From an uncultured Parcubacteria group bacterium (GTDB taxonomy: Bacteria; Patescibacteriota; Minisyncoccia; Phycocordibacterales; UBA2100): a stretch of 42,726 nucleotides of DNA. The stretch lies in NCBI GenBank assembly GCA_947085915.1, contig CAMTYD010000020.1, positions 1-42,726 on the forward strand, in the 5' to 3' direction. The number at the start of each line of letters is the position of its first letter. The stretch's first letter is position 1. A program made the position numbers and the translations under genes. Under the pieces are notes generated by a model. That model made no database searches. It had not been told where the DNA came from and saw nothing but the letters and a program-made list of their open reading frames with translations. Shown one piece after another: positions 1 to 9,511 of this stretch.

Positions 1-103
1 CCTCATGAGTGCAGGTATTCCTGTATGCCGGACACTGGGTCGTGTCGCCATATTCTACGGCCGCAATCTTGTGGGGCCGGCTTACATTGGGTAATAACGT
101 GAT

Positions 104-1255
104 ATGTCGGGAAAAAGAATTACGCTCGTCGCTTTGGCACTCGTGCTTTTGGGTGCAGTCGCTTTCGGAGCGTGGTGGCTTGTGATTGGTTCCCGCGCCG
201 CGCCGATTTTGTATTCTTCAGAGCTTACTCCGTATGCCGTCCTGACACAGCGAAACACGGCGTTTGTCGAGGCGGAGCAGCTGGTGCGCGGGGGAGATTA
301 TAGCGGCGCACGTGAAAAGTATATCGAAGCGCTTCGCTCTGCGCAGGACTCTGTCCAAAAATCTCAGATTCAATATAAAATGGCCGCAACTTTTGAGTAT
401 CTCGGCGACTACGTAGGGGCCATCAGAGAGCTCAAGAAGATAGTGGCCGACCCGTCCACGAATGACATTTTTCGTTCGTATGCCGTCATGAGGATGGGCT
501 CAATTTTTTATGTGTACGGATATGGTCAAGACCTTGACCCGATAGTTGAGGAAACGTTTACAGGGGAACCGTATGCATCATTCCGCAAAGATGGAGATGT
601 ATATCTCGCGTACCGGCGGCTCTACGAATATTCGAGCTCGTTTTACCCGGCCGCACTCTCCGAGTTGCGCATTGGAGACTGGTACGCGAACGACATTCGT
701 TCACGGGCTGCCAGTTCTACCTATGAGCAGTTGCGTCCGGAGCTTGATATTGTCTTGAAAAAAATCGCGAACGCTGCAAGGGACGCAAAAAGAATAGAAA
801 AAGACCCGAACGAAATAGGATTGCTTCCGGATATATACATGCGTCAGGGAGAGATTATCGCAAAACTTGCGTTTCTCGCGAGGGTGGCGGGAGAACCCGT
901 CCTCACGCAGGCAAGAGAGCAGGGTATCGCGTTCGAGATTGCCGAGAGCTCCTACGAACGCGCGCTTCTTCTTCGGACAACCCAGGGTGGCGAGAGGGGA
1001 CAAGATGGCATGGAGCGGTTCATGTATGCATCGTTCCTTCAGCGATACTTTCCTGAGAGAGAAAGTGATATCAAGGAAATCATCGCACCATTCTACAAGA
1101 CGCATGCATATAAAACCGCTCCTATCAGCATATTCCTACGGGCACAATCAAATGCGGATACGTGGATGAACAAGAGTCTCATTGGTATGGCGGCCATTGA
1201 CCCACAGTTCAAAGGATTTTTGATGTCTCTCGGGTGGACCGAGGCCGACTTCTAG
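104..1255 (+). CDS. Membrane-anchored TPR-like helical repeat protein
   Basis: 383-aa ORF with an N-terminal hydrophobic segment (ITLVALALVLLGAVAFGAWWLVI) and TPR-like helices (AEQLVRGGDYSGAREKYIEAL, YKMAATFEYLGDYVGAIRELKK). Confidence 0.65.
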   Translation: MSGKRITLVALALVLLGAVAFGAWWLVIGSRAAPILYSSELTPYAVLTQRNTAFVEAEQLVRGGDYSGAREKYIEALRSAQDSVQKSQIQYKMAATFEYLGDYVGAIRELKKIVADPSTNDIFRSYAVMRMGSIFYVYGYGQDLDPIVEETFTGEPYASFRKDGDVYLAYRRLYEYSSSFYPAALSELRIGDWYANDIRSRAASSTYEQLRPELDIVLKKIANAARDAKRIEKDPNEIGLLPDIYMRQGEIIAKLAFLARVAGEPVLTQAREQGIAFEIAESSYERALLLRTTQGGERGQDGMERFMYASFLQRYFPERESDIKEIIAPFYKTHAYKTAPISIFLRAQSNADTWMNKSLIGMAAIDPQFKGFLMSLGWTEADF

Positions 1256-1470
1256 GGAAGTCATGCGGCTCTTCTTTTCACGCCGATTTCTCTCCAAACC
1301 TGTTCTCGGTGTCATCGCGTTTGCGGTCGCCGCTTGTCTCAGGTGACTATCCGGGTCGGATAAAAACAACGATTGAGTACCTTATAGCCGGCGCAACGTC
1401 CTCTCTCTAACGGCATATGAATCCACAGGAGTCCGATACGTATCGCTTGTTAAATTGGTATAGTACTCAT

Positions 1471-1929
1471 ATGTATAAAGGGAGGACGCTCGTCGCAATA
1501 GGAATCGCAGCCGCCCTCCTCTCAGCTCTTGTGATTTATCTCACGCCGCTCAAGTGGATTAATCTCATTGAACCGCCGATACACGACATAACCCCGGCGG
1601 AATTCTATGCCGATTTCGAAAAAAATCCCGACAACTATATATTCATCGACGTTCGCAACGAAAGTGCATACAATACCGCACGCGCAAAGGGTTCCATAAA
1701 TAAGCCAATCGGTTCTTTATTCGACGGGCACAAATTCCTGCCGAAGTCGGGCAAGCAGATAGTCCTTATCTGCAGCAGCAGCCGGCTTGCGGGGGTCGCT
1801 TACGGATATTTGGAACATCAGGGTTTCTTTAATCTTCTGCGCATCGAGGGCGGTGTACAGGCGTGGGTCGTGGCGGGGTTGCCACTCGAAGGTAACAACA
1901 TACATGCTCCGATTCCAGAAGTGGATTGA
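1471..1929 (+). CDS. Membrane-anchored rhodanese-like domain protein
   Basis: Motifs FIDVR, GSINKP, active-site loop LICSSSRLA and IEGGVQAW, plus an N-terminal TM helix. Start moved to ATG 1471, 6 nt after TGnTATAGT. Confidence 0.85.
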   Translation: MYKGRTLVAIGIAAALLSALVIYLTPLKWINLIEPPIHDITPAEFYADFEKNPDNYIFIDVRNESAYNTARAKGSINKPIGSLFDGHKFLPKSGKQIVLICSSSRLAGVAYGYLEHQGFFNLLRIEGGVQAWVVAGLPLEGNNIHAPIPEVD

Positions 1930-2765
1930 TGCGCTTTTTGGTGCACACACTCAACATGAGCAAGTCTCTTTTGTCCGTGTCGCGCAACACATTGCTGTTC
2001 GGACTGCTCGCTGTTTTCGTGGTCGTGGTCACCGTTCCACCGTTCTACAGGCATGTGGACATGTGGCGTGAAGACGTCTTGTATGCGCTCGACCCTTCCG
2101 CGGAGCGCGCGTATCAATATGGGGTGCGGCACTTTAGTTCGGATGAGCCTGCCCGCTACGATATCGACCGCGCGGAGTATTTTCTCAACCTCGCCGCCCT
2201 CAAAGACCCTTCAATTCCATACCTCTACCATCAGCTTGCGCGCATTTCTTTCTTGCGTGGAAATTTTACGCAGGCCATGGCGCGGATAGACTTCCAAATA
2301 CAGATGCATGGTGATGCCGCGCCAAATTCATATTACGTCCGCGGACTTATCGAAGGGTACATGGGGGAGTATGCGGACTCCGCACGTGACTACGAATACT
2401 TTTTGCGATTTGACCCGCAGAATTGGGCGACACTCAATGACTATGCCTGGGTGCTCTTGAAGGCGGAGCGTTTCGGAGATGCAGCCGAGGTTACCGCGAG
2501 AGGCCTCATAGATTTCCCCGACAATCCGTGGCTCCTCAACTCATATGCGATAGCACTCTTTGAGCTTCACGATTATCCGAATGCACTATCAGCTGCACAA
2601 AAAGCTTCCGCCGAGGTCGCGAAGGTGAGCGAGGCGGAGTGGCTGCACGCCTATCCGGGCAATGACCCACAAATCGGCTCGCAAGGACTTGCCGTGTTTA
2701 AGAAAGCTGTTGCCGACAATATGCACACCATAGAACTGGCAATTGCTTCGAGCACGGTACAATAA
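1929..2765 (+). CDS. Tetratricopeptide repeat protein with N-terminal TM segment
   Basis: Several TPR-like units (YLYHQLARISFLRGNFTQA, SYYVRGLIEGYMGEYADSARDY, LNDYAWVLLKAERFGDA). The start overlaps the upstream TGA; exact start uncertain (1929 or 1956). Confidence 0.75.
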   Translation: MRFLVHTLNMSKSLLSVSRNTLLFGLLAVFVVVVTVPPFYRHVDMWREDVLYALDPSAERAYQYGVRHFSSDEPARYDIDRAEYFLNLAALKDPSIPYLYHQLARISFLRGNFTQAMARIDFQIQMHGDAAPNSYYVRGLIEGYMGEYADSARDYEYFLRFDPQNWATLNDYAWVLLKAERFGDAAEVTARGLIDFPDNPWLLNSYAIALFELHDYPNALSAAQKASAEVAKVSEAEWLHAYPGNDPQIGSQGLAVFKKAVADNMHTIELAIASSTVQ

Positions 2766-2773
2766 AGACACGT

Positions 2774-3919
2774 ATGAAGTACCTGTCGCATGCAGAGATG
2801 TTCTCGGGTTTCCGGAAGCATCTCCATCTGGTTGTATTTCTCGCACTCATCGCGTTGCTTGTCGCGGGGTTTGGAATGCAGCAGTCGCGTGCTCCATTTG
2901 CTTCCGCTGAAGTTCAATTCACTGATGTCTCAGCACGCGGTATGCACATCGTTCCGGCGTCATGCCCGTCAGACCAGCATTACGTAGGAGAGTGCGCTCC
3001 GCCTACCTGTCCTTCCGGATACGTGGGCACCCCACCCAACTGTACCGTTCCCGGTCCGTCGAGCGGCTGCAGTATTACATCCAGCCCGGACCCCATCGTT
3101 GCCGGCCAGAGCACCTCACTCTCTTGGAGCACTCTCAACTATCAACATCTTGGTTTCTTGAGCGTTGCACCAAGCGGTACTTCGATAAGCCCGGGTATCG
3201 GTGCAGTAAATCCTTCAGGCTCGGCGACGGTCAGCCCAACTCAGACGACCACTTACACCCTCTCGGGTTCATATGTACTTAGTGGTGAGGGTGGGGGTCT
3301 TGGAGACAAGATTTTCGGCCTCTTCCGTGGAGCAGGCGCCACCGTAAACTCGTTCTCGTGCTCGAGGACAGTCACGGTGAATGCGTGCCCTGCGGGGTAT
3401 GTATTGACCGGGGGAACCTGTGTGCTTTCGGAGTGCCCCTTGGGCTTCGTTCTCCAAAATGGAGCATGCGTTTTCAATGCTTGTCCGAGCGGATATGAAC
3501 GGCAGGGAAATCAGTGCGTAAGCACGGCATCGGCATGTACTGCGGTCAATTATTGTGTCGGGAACACTTTGTGGCATAGGAATGCCCAGTGTGCGACGAA
3601 CCCCGTTCAGACATGTGTATCCGGTTGTGCCTCCGGTGCGTGTATTGCAACCCCGGCTCCATCCGTGGTTACATGGCGCGTCTATCCGTCGCTGATCCAG
3701 CCAAACGAAACGGCAAATGTGGAGTGGGAAGTCATCAATGTGCGTTCGTGCGAAGTACACGGTAACAACAACGACTCATGGACAGGCGTATCAGGTGTAA
3801 AGGTTTCAAGCCCCCTAACGGCACAGACTATTTTCACGCTCAACTGTACTGGCCTCGACAACTCGACGGTGACGCGGACAGCGACTGTCAACATCACACC
3901 GATATTCAACGAAAACTGA
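2774..3919 (+). CDS. Secreted/surface Cys-rich protein with Ig-like beta domains
   Basis: N-terminal hydrophobic segment, repeated CPxG(Y/F)xxxxxxC units, and beta-rich segments (GQSTSLSWS, VSPTQTTTYTL, TIFTLNC). Confidence 0.7.
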   Translation: MKYLSHAEMFSGFRKHLHLVVFLALIALLVAGFGMQQSRAPFASAEVQFTDVSARGMHIVPASCPSDQHYVGECAPPTCPSGYVGTPPNCTVPGPSSGCSITSSPDPIVAGQSTSLSWSTLNYQHLGFLSVAPSGTSISPGIGAVNPSGSATVSPTQTTTYTLSGSYVLSGEGGGLGDKIFGLFRGAGATVNSFSCSRTVTVNACPAGYVLTGGTCVLSECPLGFVLQNGACVFNACPSGYERQGNQCVSTASACTAVNYCVGNTLWHRNAQCATNPVQTCVSGCASGACIATPAPSVVTWRVYPSLIQPNETANVEWEVINVRSCEVHGNNNDSWTGVSGVKVSSPLTAQTIFTLNCTGLDNSTVTRTATVNITPIFNEN

Positions 3920-3946
3920 TTTCAGAAGTGATATAGTTTATTTACT

Positions 3947-4429
3947 ATGGTCAGTTCAATGAACGTTTCGCGTGCACTTCTTCTCGCAGCTCTCGTTGTC
4001 GCACTCCTCCTTCCGGGCAGCGTCTACGGACAGGAGTCGTCTGCCGATTTGCGCGCGACTATCCGGGCTGAACTCTTGAGTGACCCACGTACATCGAGCT
4101 TGTCAGAGGCGCAGATAGAAACACTCGTTGACCTCCTTGCACAAGAAGCGGAGAAGCAGGGCATCACATCGGAGGATATCCAGTGGCGTCCGCAAAATAA
4201 TGAGCAATTTGTCGCGACTGGAAGCGCCGTACAGGAAGGAACCGGGTGTGGGGGAGGATTTCTTTGCATCATGAGTGAAGCCTTCGGTTTTATCGGATAT
4301 GACGTCACCATCCCTTTTTTCCTGGGGATGTCTTCAATGGGACTTATCTGGATATTGGCCGAGATGATTCATCGCCATAGGCACCCCGCTCTCAAGGTCG
4401 CGCCGCCGCCAACGACATCTTCTCTCTAA
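3947..4429 (+). CDS. Hypothetical membrane protein (signal peptide plus C-terminal TM helix)
   Basis: 160-aa ORF with a signal-like N terminus and a hydrophobic C-terminal segment; TGnTATAGT just upstream. Confidence 0.6.
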   Translation: MVSSMNVSRALLLAALVVALLLPGSVYGQESSADLRATIRAELLSDPRTSSLSEAQIETLVDLLAQEAEKQGITSEDIQWRPQNNEQFVATGSAVQEGTGCGGGFLCIMSEAFGFIGYDVTIPFFLGMSSMGLIWILAEMIHRHRHPALKVAPPPTTSSL

Positions 4430-4459
4430 GTTCGATTTACCCCTTCGTGTGTACGGGGT

Positions 4460-4488
4460 TTGCATTCCTCGGCGCGTTCCTATATAGT
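4460..4488 (+). promoter_or_regulatory. Sigma70-type promoter of the rplC operon
   Basis: TTGCAT (4460-4465), 17-nt spacer, TATAGT (4483-4488). Confidence 0.6.
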
Positions 4489-4567
4489 GCCTCCACCCAC
4501 GTCCCCATATCGGGACCAATGGCAGGCTAGAAAAGCCCGCTATTGCGGGTATTTCTTTTTTCAACAT

Positions 4568-5170
4568 ATGAAATTCATGCTCGGCACAAAAGGAAGAATG
4601 ACCCAGGTCTTCGATGACAAGGGTATTGTTTCTGCTGCCACAATCGTTACCGCGGGTCCTCTTACCGTGACGCAGGTCATGGGGAAGGAAAAGCAGGGAT
4701 ACGATGCGGTGCAAGTCGGTTTCGGCCCTAAGAAAGAATCCAAGGTCAACAAAGCGCAGACCGGCAAAGCATTTCGCGTATTGCGCGAATTTCCGCTCGA
4801 AGCCGGAGCTACGGCTCCAGAAGCTGCGTCCACTATTGATGTCTCGATATTCGTTCCGGGTGACGTCATCGCTGTATCCGCTATCTCAAAAGGAAAAGGA
4901 TTCCAGGGTGTCGTGAAGCGGCACGGATTCAGCGGCGGTCCACGCAGCCACGGTCAGAAGAATAAAGAGCGCGCTCCGGGTTCTATCGGCGGAGGTGGTC
5001 GCGCAGGAGGACGCGTCGTCAAAGGTATGCGTATGGCCGGTCGTATGGGCGGAGACCGCATCACCGTAAAGAACCTCAAAGTCTTGCAAGTCGACACGGC
5101 TACCAATACGCTCCTCATTTCAGGCGCTGTCCCAGGGAAGCCGGGTACGCTCGTAGAAATCCGTGGCTAA
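4568..5170 (+). CDS. rplC: 50S ribosomal protein L3
   Basis: MKFMLGTKGRMTQVF, GYDAVQVGF, SKGKGFQGVVKRHGF, MAGRMG. Start at ATG 4568. Confidence 0.97.
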   Translation: MKFMLGTKGRMTQVFDDKGIVSAATIVTAGPLTVTQVMGKEKQGYDAVQVGFGPKKESKVNKAQTGKAFRVLREFPLEAGATAPEAASTIDVSIFVPGDVIAVSAISKGKGFQGVVKRHGFSGGPRSHGQKNKERAPGSIGGGGRAGGRVVKGMRMAGRMGGDRITVKNLKVLQVDTATNTLLISGAVPGKPGTLVEIRG

Positions 5171-5186
5171 TCTTCAATATATTGAT

Positions 5187-5918
5187 ATGAAAACAGACAT
5201 TTATAACTCACAAGGCAAAAAGGCAGGTTCTGTTGAACTTCCGGAGAGCGTCTTCGGTGTTGCTTGGAACGACTCTCTCATGCACCAAGTGGTGACGGGA
5301 ATGCAGGCAAATGCCCGTCCGACTGTCGCACACGTAAAGAACCGCGGGGATGTACGCGGAGGAGGTAAGAAGCCATGGGCGCAGAAGGGTACCGGTCGCG
5401 CACGTCATGGTTCGAGCCGCAGCCCGATATGGAAGGGAGGAGGTGTCACACACGGACCCCGCAAAGACCGCGATTACTCTCAGGCCATCCCGAAGAAAAT
5501 GCGCGCAAAGGCACTTTTCATGGCACTCTCTCGCAAATTCAAAGAGGGTCAGATTCTGTTTGTGGATTCATTCGGTATTTCAGAGCCAAAGACCGCTACC
5601 GCCCAGAAATCTCTCGCGATGCTCACCAAGGTCTCCGGATTCGAGAAGCTCACGACAAAGCGCAAGAATGCCGCCCTCGTCGCATTTTCAGATCCGTCGG
5701 AAGCAGCAAACAAAAGCTTCCGCAATATCGGCAATGTCACGGTCATCTCGGTCCGCAACCTGAATCCTGTCGCAGTCCTCGGCAATTCGTATCTCATCAT
5801 CGAAGGGCCTGACGCAGCAGTCGCAATCGTCGGGAGCCGTATGCAAAAGACAGCGGTTGAAAAAGCTGAAAAGGCGGACAAGAAAGTAGCTAAGAAATCC
5901 GCTAAGGCGCAAAAATAA
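5187..5918 (+). CDS. rplD: 50S ribosomal protein L4
   Basis: RGGGKKPWAQKGTGRARHGSSRSPIWKGGGVTHGP; Lys/Ala-rich C-terminal tail. Confidence 0.97.
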   Translation: MKTDIYNSQGKKAGSVELPESVFGVAWNDSLMHQVVTGMQANARPTVAHVKNRGDVRGGGKKPWAQKGTGRARHGSSRSPIWKGGGVTHGPRKDRDYSQAIPKKMRAKALFMALSRKFKEGQILFVDSFGISEPKTATAQKSLAMLTKVSGFEKLTTKRKNAALVAFSDPSEAANKSFRNIGNVTVISVRNLNPVAVLGNSYLIIEGPDAAVAIVGSRMQKTAVEKAEKADKKVAKKSAKAQK

Positions 5919-5919
5919 T

Positions 5920-6291
5920 ATGGCACTCTTTGGAAAAAAGAAGAATACAGAGAAGAAGGATGTGGTAGCGACCACAACGCCTGCAACGACTTCGTCTGAA
6001 TCAATGGGACGGGATATCTCGACCATCCTCAGGCACGCACGCATCACGGAGAAGGCGAGCATGCACCAGAGCCTCGGCGTCTACACATTCGATATCGCAC
6101 CCGCTGCGACGAAGCGCGACATCATTCAGGCTGTCCGCGCTCTCTACAAGGTCACACCTCGCTCTATTCGCATCGTCACTATCCCGACAAAGTCACGCCG
6201 CAATGCACGCACAGGCAAAGTGGGAGTGACGGGCGGCGGCAAGAAGGCCTACGTCTACCTTAAAAAGGGTGAGAGCATAACCATCGGTTAA
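5920..6291 (+). CDS. rplW: 50S ribosomal protein L23
   Basis: ITEKA, ATKRDIIQAVRALYKV, KKAYVYLKKGE; operon position; N-terminal extension. Confidence 0.95.
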   Translation: MALFGKKKNTEKKDVVATTTPATTSSESMGRDISTILRHARITEKASMHQSLGVYTFDIAPAATKRDIIQAVRALYKVTPRSIRIVTIPTKSRRNARTGKVGVTGGGKKAYVYLKKGESITIG

Positions 6292-6296
6292 TTTTT

Positions 6297-7139
6297 ATGA
6301 AAACCTACAAACCTACATCAAAGTCCCAGAGACAACACACCTCGATTGAGTACCGGAAGCTTCTTTCGGGACACAAGCCGGAGAAATCCTTGATGAAAGG
6401 TGCCCGTAGCTACGCCGGCCGCAATTCATTTGGCCGCATCACCGTGCGCCACCAAGGAGGCGGACACAAAAAGAGCCACCGCTTGGTAGATTTTAAGTTC
6501 AACAAGAAAAACATTCCTGCGAAGATTACAACTATCGAGTACGACCCATTCCGCTCGGGATTCATCGGTCTCGCTGTGTATGCCGATGGCGAAAAGCGCT
6601 ATGTAGTATTGCCGCAGAAAACGAAAGTCGGCGACAAATTCATCGTGTCTGAGACGGCTCCTGTAGCGCTCTGCAACCGCCTTCCTCTCGGCAACATGCC
6701 GGTCGGTACGTTTGTCTACAATATTGAATTGAAGCCGGGTCAGGGTGGCGTCATCGCGCGCTCTGCAGGTAATTACTGCGAAATCGTCGCACAAGATGCA
6801 GGCTACACCCATCTCAAGATGCCTTCGACCGAAGTTCGCCGCGTCATCTCGACCGCATGGGCATCTGTCGGGGAAGTCTCAAACGAAGAGCATCACCTGG
6901 TAAACCTCGGCAAAGCCGGCCGAAGCCGTTGGCTCGGACGCCGCCCGACCGTCCGCGGTACTGCGATGAACCCGGTAGACCACCCACACGGAGGAGGTGA
7001 AGGTAAACAAGGTCGCGGACTTCGCCGCGCAAAAACCATGTGGGGTAAGCCATCCGGAAAAGGTCAAAAGACCCGTAGCCCGAAAAAATACTCCAATGTT
7101 TTCATCGTTTCTCGTAGAAAAGTTGGAAAACGCAAGTAA
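6297..7139 (+). CDS. rplB: 50S ribosomal protein L2
   Basis: GRITVRHQGGGHK, IEYDPFRS, RPTVRGTAMNPVDHPHGGGEG. Confidence 0.98.
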   Translation: MKTYKPTSKSQRQHTSIEYRKLLSGHKPEKSLMKGARSYAGRNSFGRITVRHQGGGHKKSHRLVDFKFNKKNIPAKITTIEYDPFRSGFIGLAVYADGEKRYVVLPQKTKVGDKFIVSETAPVALCNRLPLGNMPVGTFVYNIELKPGQGGVIARSAGNYCEIVAQDAGYTHLKMPSTEVRRVISTAWASVGEVSNEEHHLVNLGKAGRSRWLGRRPTVRGTAMNPVDHPHGGGEGKQGRGLRRAKTMWGKPSGKGQKTRSPKKYSNVFIVSRRKVGKRK

Positions 7140-7165
7140 TTGCGCTATAGTAGCCACTCGCTTAT

Positions 7166-7510
7166 ATGACACGATCACTCAAAAAAGGCCCATACGTCGA
7201 CGTAAAGTTGATGAAAAAAGTAACACTGCGCAAACCGACGCAGGGGGTTATTAAGACGTGGGCACGCGCCTCTCAGATAGCACCGGAATTCGTCGGCTAC
7301 ACTTTCGGAGTACACACAGGCAAGAATTTTGATGATGTGTTCGTGACCGAGGATATGGTGGGTCACCGCTTGGGCGAATTCGCTCCGACGACCAAATTCA
7401 TCAAGCACGGAGGAAAGATGCAGAAGGAGACAGAAATGGCTGCAAAGGCCGCTGAAATCGCTGCAGCATCCGCCGCGAAGGCGACTGCTACGACAGCAAC
7501 GAAGAAATAA
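7166..7510 (+). CDS. rpsS: 30S ribosomal protein S19
   Basis: [31 protein letters not shown]; Ala/Lys tail. Confidence 0.97.
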   Translation: MTRSLKKGPYVDVKLMKKVTLRKPTQGVIKTWARASQIAPEFVGYTFGVHTGKNFDDVFVTEDMVGHRLGEFAPTTKFIKHGGKMQKETEMAAKAAEIAAASAAKATATTATKK

Positions 7511-7513
7511 TAT

Positions 7514-7915
7514 ATGAAAGCGCTTCTCACCAACTATCATCAATCGCCGCGCAAAGTGCGCCTCGTCGCAGACCTCATCCGCGGCAAGAGCGTCGCACAA
7601 GCTCGTGCAGCACTTCTCTACTTGCCGAAGAAGTCTTCTCCCGCGCTCGGCAAGCTTCTGGATTCCGCAGTTGCGAATGCAAGCTCAGCCGGTAATTCCG
7701 TTGAGAATCTTTTTGTGAAGACAATCACGGTCAACAAAGGTCTCGTCATGCGCCGCGCACGCCCGTTTGGTCGGGGACGCTCCGGATCGCTCCGCAAGAC
7801 GATGAGCATCGTATTTCTTGAATTGGGTACGGGAGCAGGAAAGGGTGCAAAGAAAGCGAAGGCACCTGCCGCAAAGAAAGTAGCCGCAAAGAAAGCTAAA
7901 GTCGTAGCAAAATAA
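7514..7915 (+). CDS. rplV: 50S ribosomal protein L22
   Basis: QSPRKVRLVADLIRGK, KLLDSAVANA; Lys/Ala tail. Confidence 0.97.
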   Translation: MKALLTNYHQSPRKVRLVADLIRGKSVAQARAALLYLPKKSSPALGKLLDSAVANASSAGNSVENLFVKTITVNKGLVMRRARPFGRGRSGSLRKTMSIVFLELGTGAGKGAKKAKAPAAKKVAAKKAKVVAK

Positions 7916-7916
7916 T

Positions 7917-8600
7917 ATGACACATACCGTACACCCATACGCACATCGCCTCGGTATCATCCGCGACTGGAAGTCGCGCTGGTTTGCCAAGAATCCGGCC
8001 AAATACCGCCAGAACGTTTGTGTCGACGCCGCCATCCGCCGCTTCCTCAAGAAGCGTTTGCGCGGCGCGTACGTCACTTCGGTAGAGATCGAGCGCAACG
8101 AAAAAGCAGTCCGCGTCATCATCAAGACATCCCGCCCGGGTCTCGTTATCGGCCGCGGTGGTGAAGGTTCGACCAAGCTCAGCAAGGAGATAGAAGCAAT
8201 CATCCGCACCGTACCGAAGGCAGAGCGCAAAGCGGTCCGCCTCGATATCGAAGAGGTTCGCTCACCGGAATCACAGTCACCGGTCGTTGCCTACATGGTT
8301 GCCGAAGGTTTGGAGAAGCGCCAGACATTCCGCCGCGTCTTGAAGCAGACGGTGGAGAAGGTAATGGCAAACCGTGATGTACAGGGTGTCCGCATCGCTA
8401 TCGCAGGCCGCCTCGGTGGAGCAGAAATGTCCCGCACCGAAGAGATTAAGCGCGGTCGTGTGCCACTTCAGACCTTGCGTGCTGATATCGATTTCGCTCG
8501 TGAACAGGCGTACCTCCCATACGGTGTCATCGGTATCAAAGTATGGATTTATCGTGGAGATATCTTCGCTGATGAAAAACAGTCTGTTAAGAACGCGTAA
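7917..8600 (+). CDS. rpsC: 30S ribosomal protein S3
   Basis: HPYAHRLGIIRDWKSRWF, RPGLVIGRGG, GRVPLQTLRADIDF, YGVIGIKVWIY. Confidence 0.98.
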   Translation: MTHTVHPYAHRLGIIRDWKSRWFAKNPAKYRQNVCVDAAIRRFLKKRLRGAYVTSVEIERNEKAVRVIIKTSRPGLVIGRGGEGSTKLSKEIEAIIRTVPKAERKAVRLDIEEVRSPESQSPVVAYMVAEGLEKRQTFRRVLKQTVEKVMANRDVQGVRIAIAGRLGGAEMSRTEEIKRGRVPLQTLRADIDFAREQAYLPYGVIGIKVWIYRGDIFADEKQSVKNA

Positions 8601-8608
8601 AAAATTGT

Positions 8609-9031
8609 ATGCTCGCACCTAAGAAAGCAAAATACCGAAAGTGGCAGTCAATGCGCCGTGGTGAACGACGCACCAACTCCGCCGATACCCGTGGTGTCAC
8701 GGTGGCTTTTGGGTCATTCGGCCTCAAAGCGCTCTCTCAGGCACGCGTTACCTCCAATCAGATAGAAGCTGCCCGTCGCGCCCTCTCACGCGCAAGCGGA
8801 AAGGGTGCAAAGATTTGGACGCGCATTTTCCCTGACAGACCATTCACCCGCAAAGCTGCAGAAGTACGCATGGGTAGCGGTAAAGGAGATGTGGCCGGCT
8901 ATGTCTTCGATGTAAAGCCGGGGCGCGTTATTTTCGAGATTGATGGAGCTGTGGAAGCTGTCGCACGCGAAGCATTGCGTAAGGCAGGGACCAAGCTTCC
9001 TCTCACTGTCCGTGTCATCGCACGTCAATAA
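8609..9031 (+). CDS. rplP: 50S ribosomal protein L16
   Basis: MLAPKKAKYRK, NQIEAARRA, RIFPDRP, RMGSGKG. Confidence 0.98.
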   Translation: MLAPKKAKYRKWQSMRRGERRTNSADTRGVTVAFGSFGLKALSQARVTSNQIEAARRALSRASGKGAKIWTRIFPDRPFTRKAAEVRMGSGKGDVAGYVFDVKPGRVIFEIDGAVEAVAREALRKAGTKLPLTVRVIARQ

Positions 9032-9035
9032 ATGT

Positions 9036-9239
9036 ATGGCTGATATTACCAAACAAGATGTTGCAGAGTTGCAGAAGCAAGTCGCTGATAAGCGAGAGAG
9101 CCTGCGCGTATTTCGCTTCGGAGGGGCAGGAAGCCGCACACGAGATGTCCGCGCAGGTCGCACACTCCGCAAGGATATCGCACGTTCACTGACCGAGCTT
9201 CGCGCACGACAAATTGCATCTAAGCCAAAGAAAGCGTAG
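9036..9239 (+). CDS. rpmC: 50S ribosomal protein L29
   Basis: 67 aa from ATG 9036; LRVFRF and RKDIARSLT; lies between rplP and rpsQ. Confidence 0.9.
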   Translation: MADITKQDVAELQKQVADKRESLRVFRFGGAGSRTRDVRAGRTLRKDIARSLTELRARQIASKPKKA

Positions 9240-9255
9240 TATCTCACTTCACCGT

Positions 9256-9504
9256 ATGGAAACTGAAACAAAAAATAATACAGGCAAGACGTTCGAAGGC
9301 GTCGTCGTTAAGTCGGCGATGAAAGACACCGCGACCGTGCAGGTGGAACGCTACGTGAAACACCCGAAGTACCAGAAATTCATGCGCCTCTCAAAGAAGT
9401 TTTTGGTGCACGATGTCGGCAACACCGCTCAGATAGGGGACAAGGTCACCATCCGTGAGACCCGCCCTATTTCCAAGCGTAAGCGTTTCATCCTCGTGAA
9501 GTAA
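9256..9504 (+). CDS. rpsQ: 30S ribosomal protein S17
   Basis: GVVVKSAMKDT, HPKYQK, GDKVTIRETRPISKRKRF. Confidence 0.97.
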   Translation: METETKNNTGKTFEGVVVKSAMKDTATVQVERYVKHPKYQKFMRLSKKFLVHDVGNTAQIGDKVTIRETRPISKRKRFILVK

Positions 9505-9511
9505 AAGGCAT

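Noticed and set aside
1-102. 3' end of an upstream gene
   Set aside because: Two plus-strand frames are open (stops at 94 and 102) and neither can be identified from so short a fragment.
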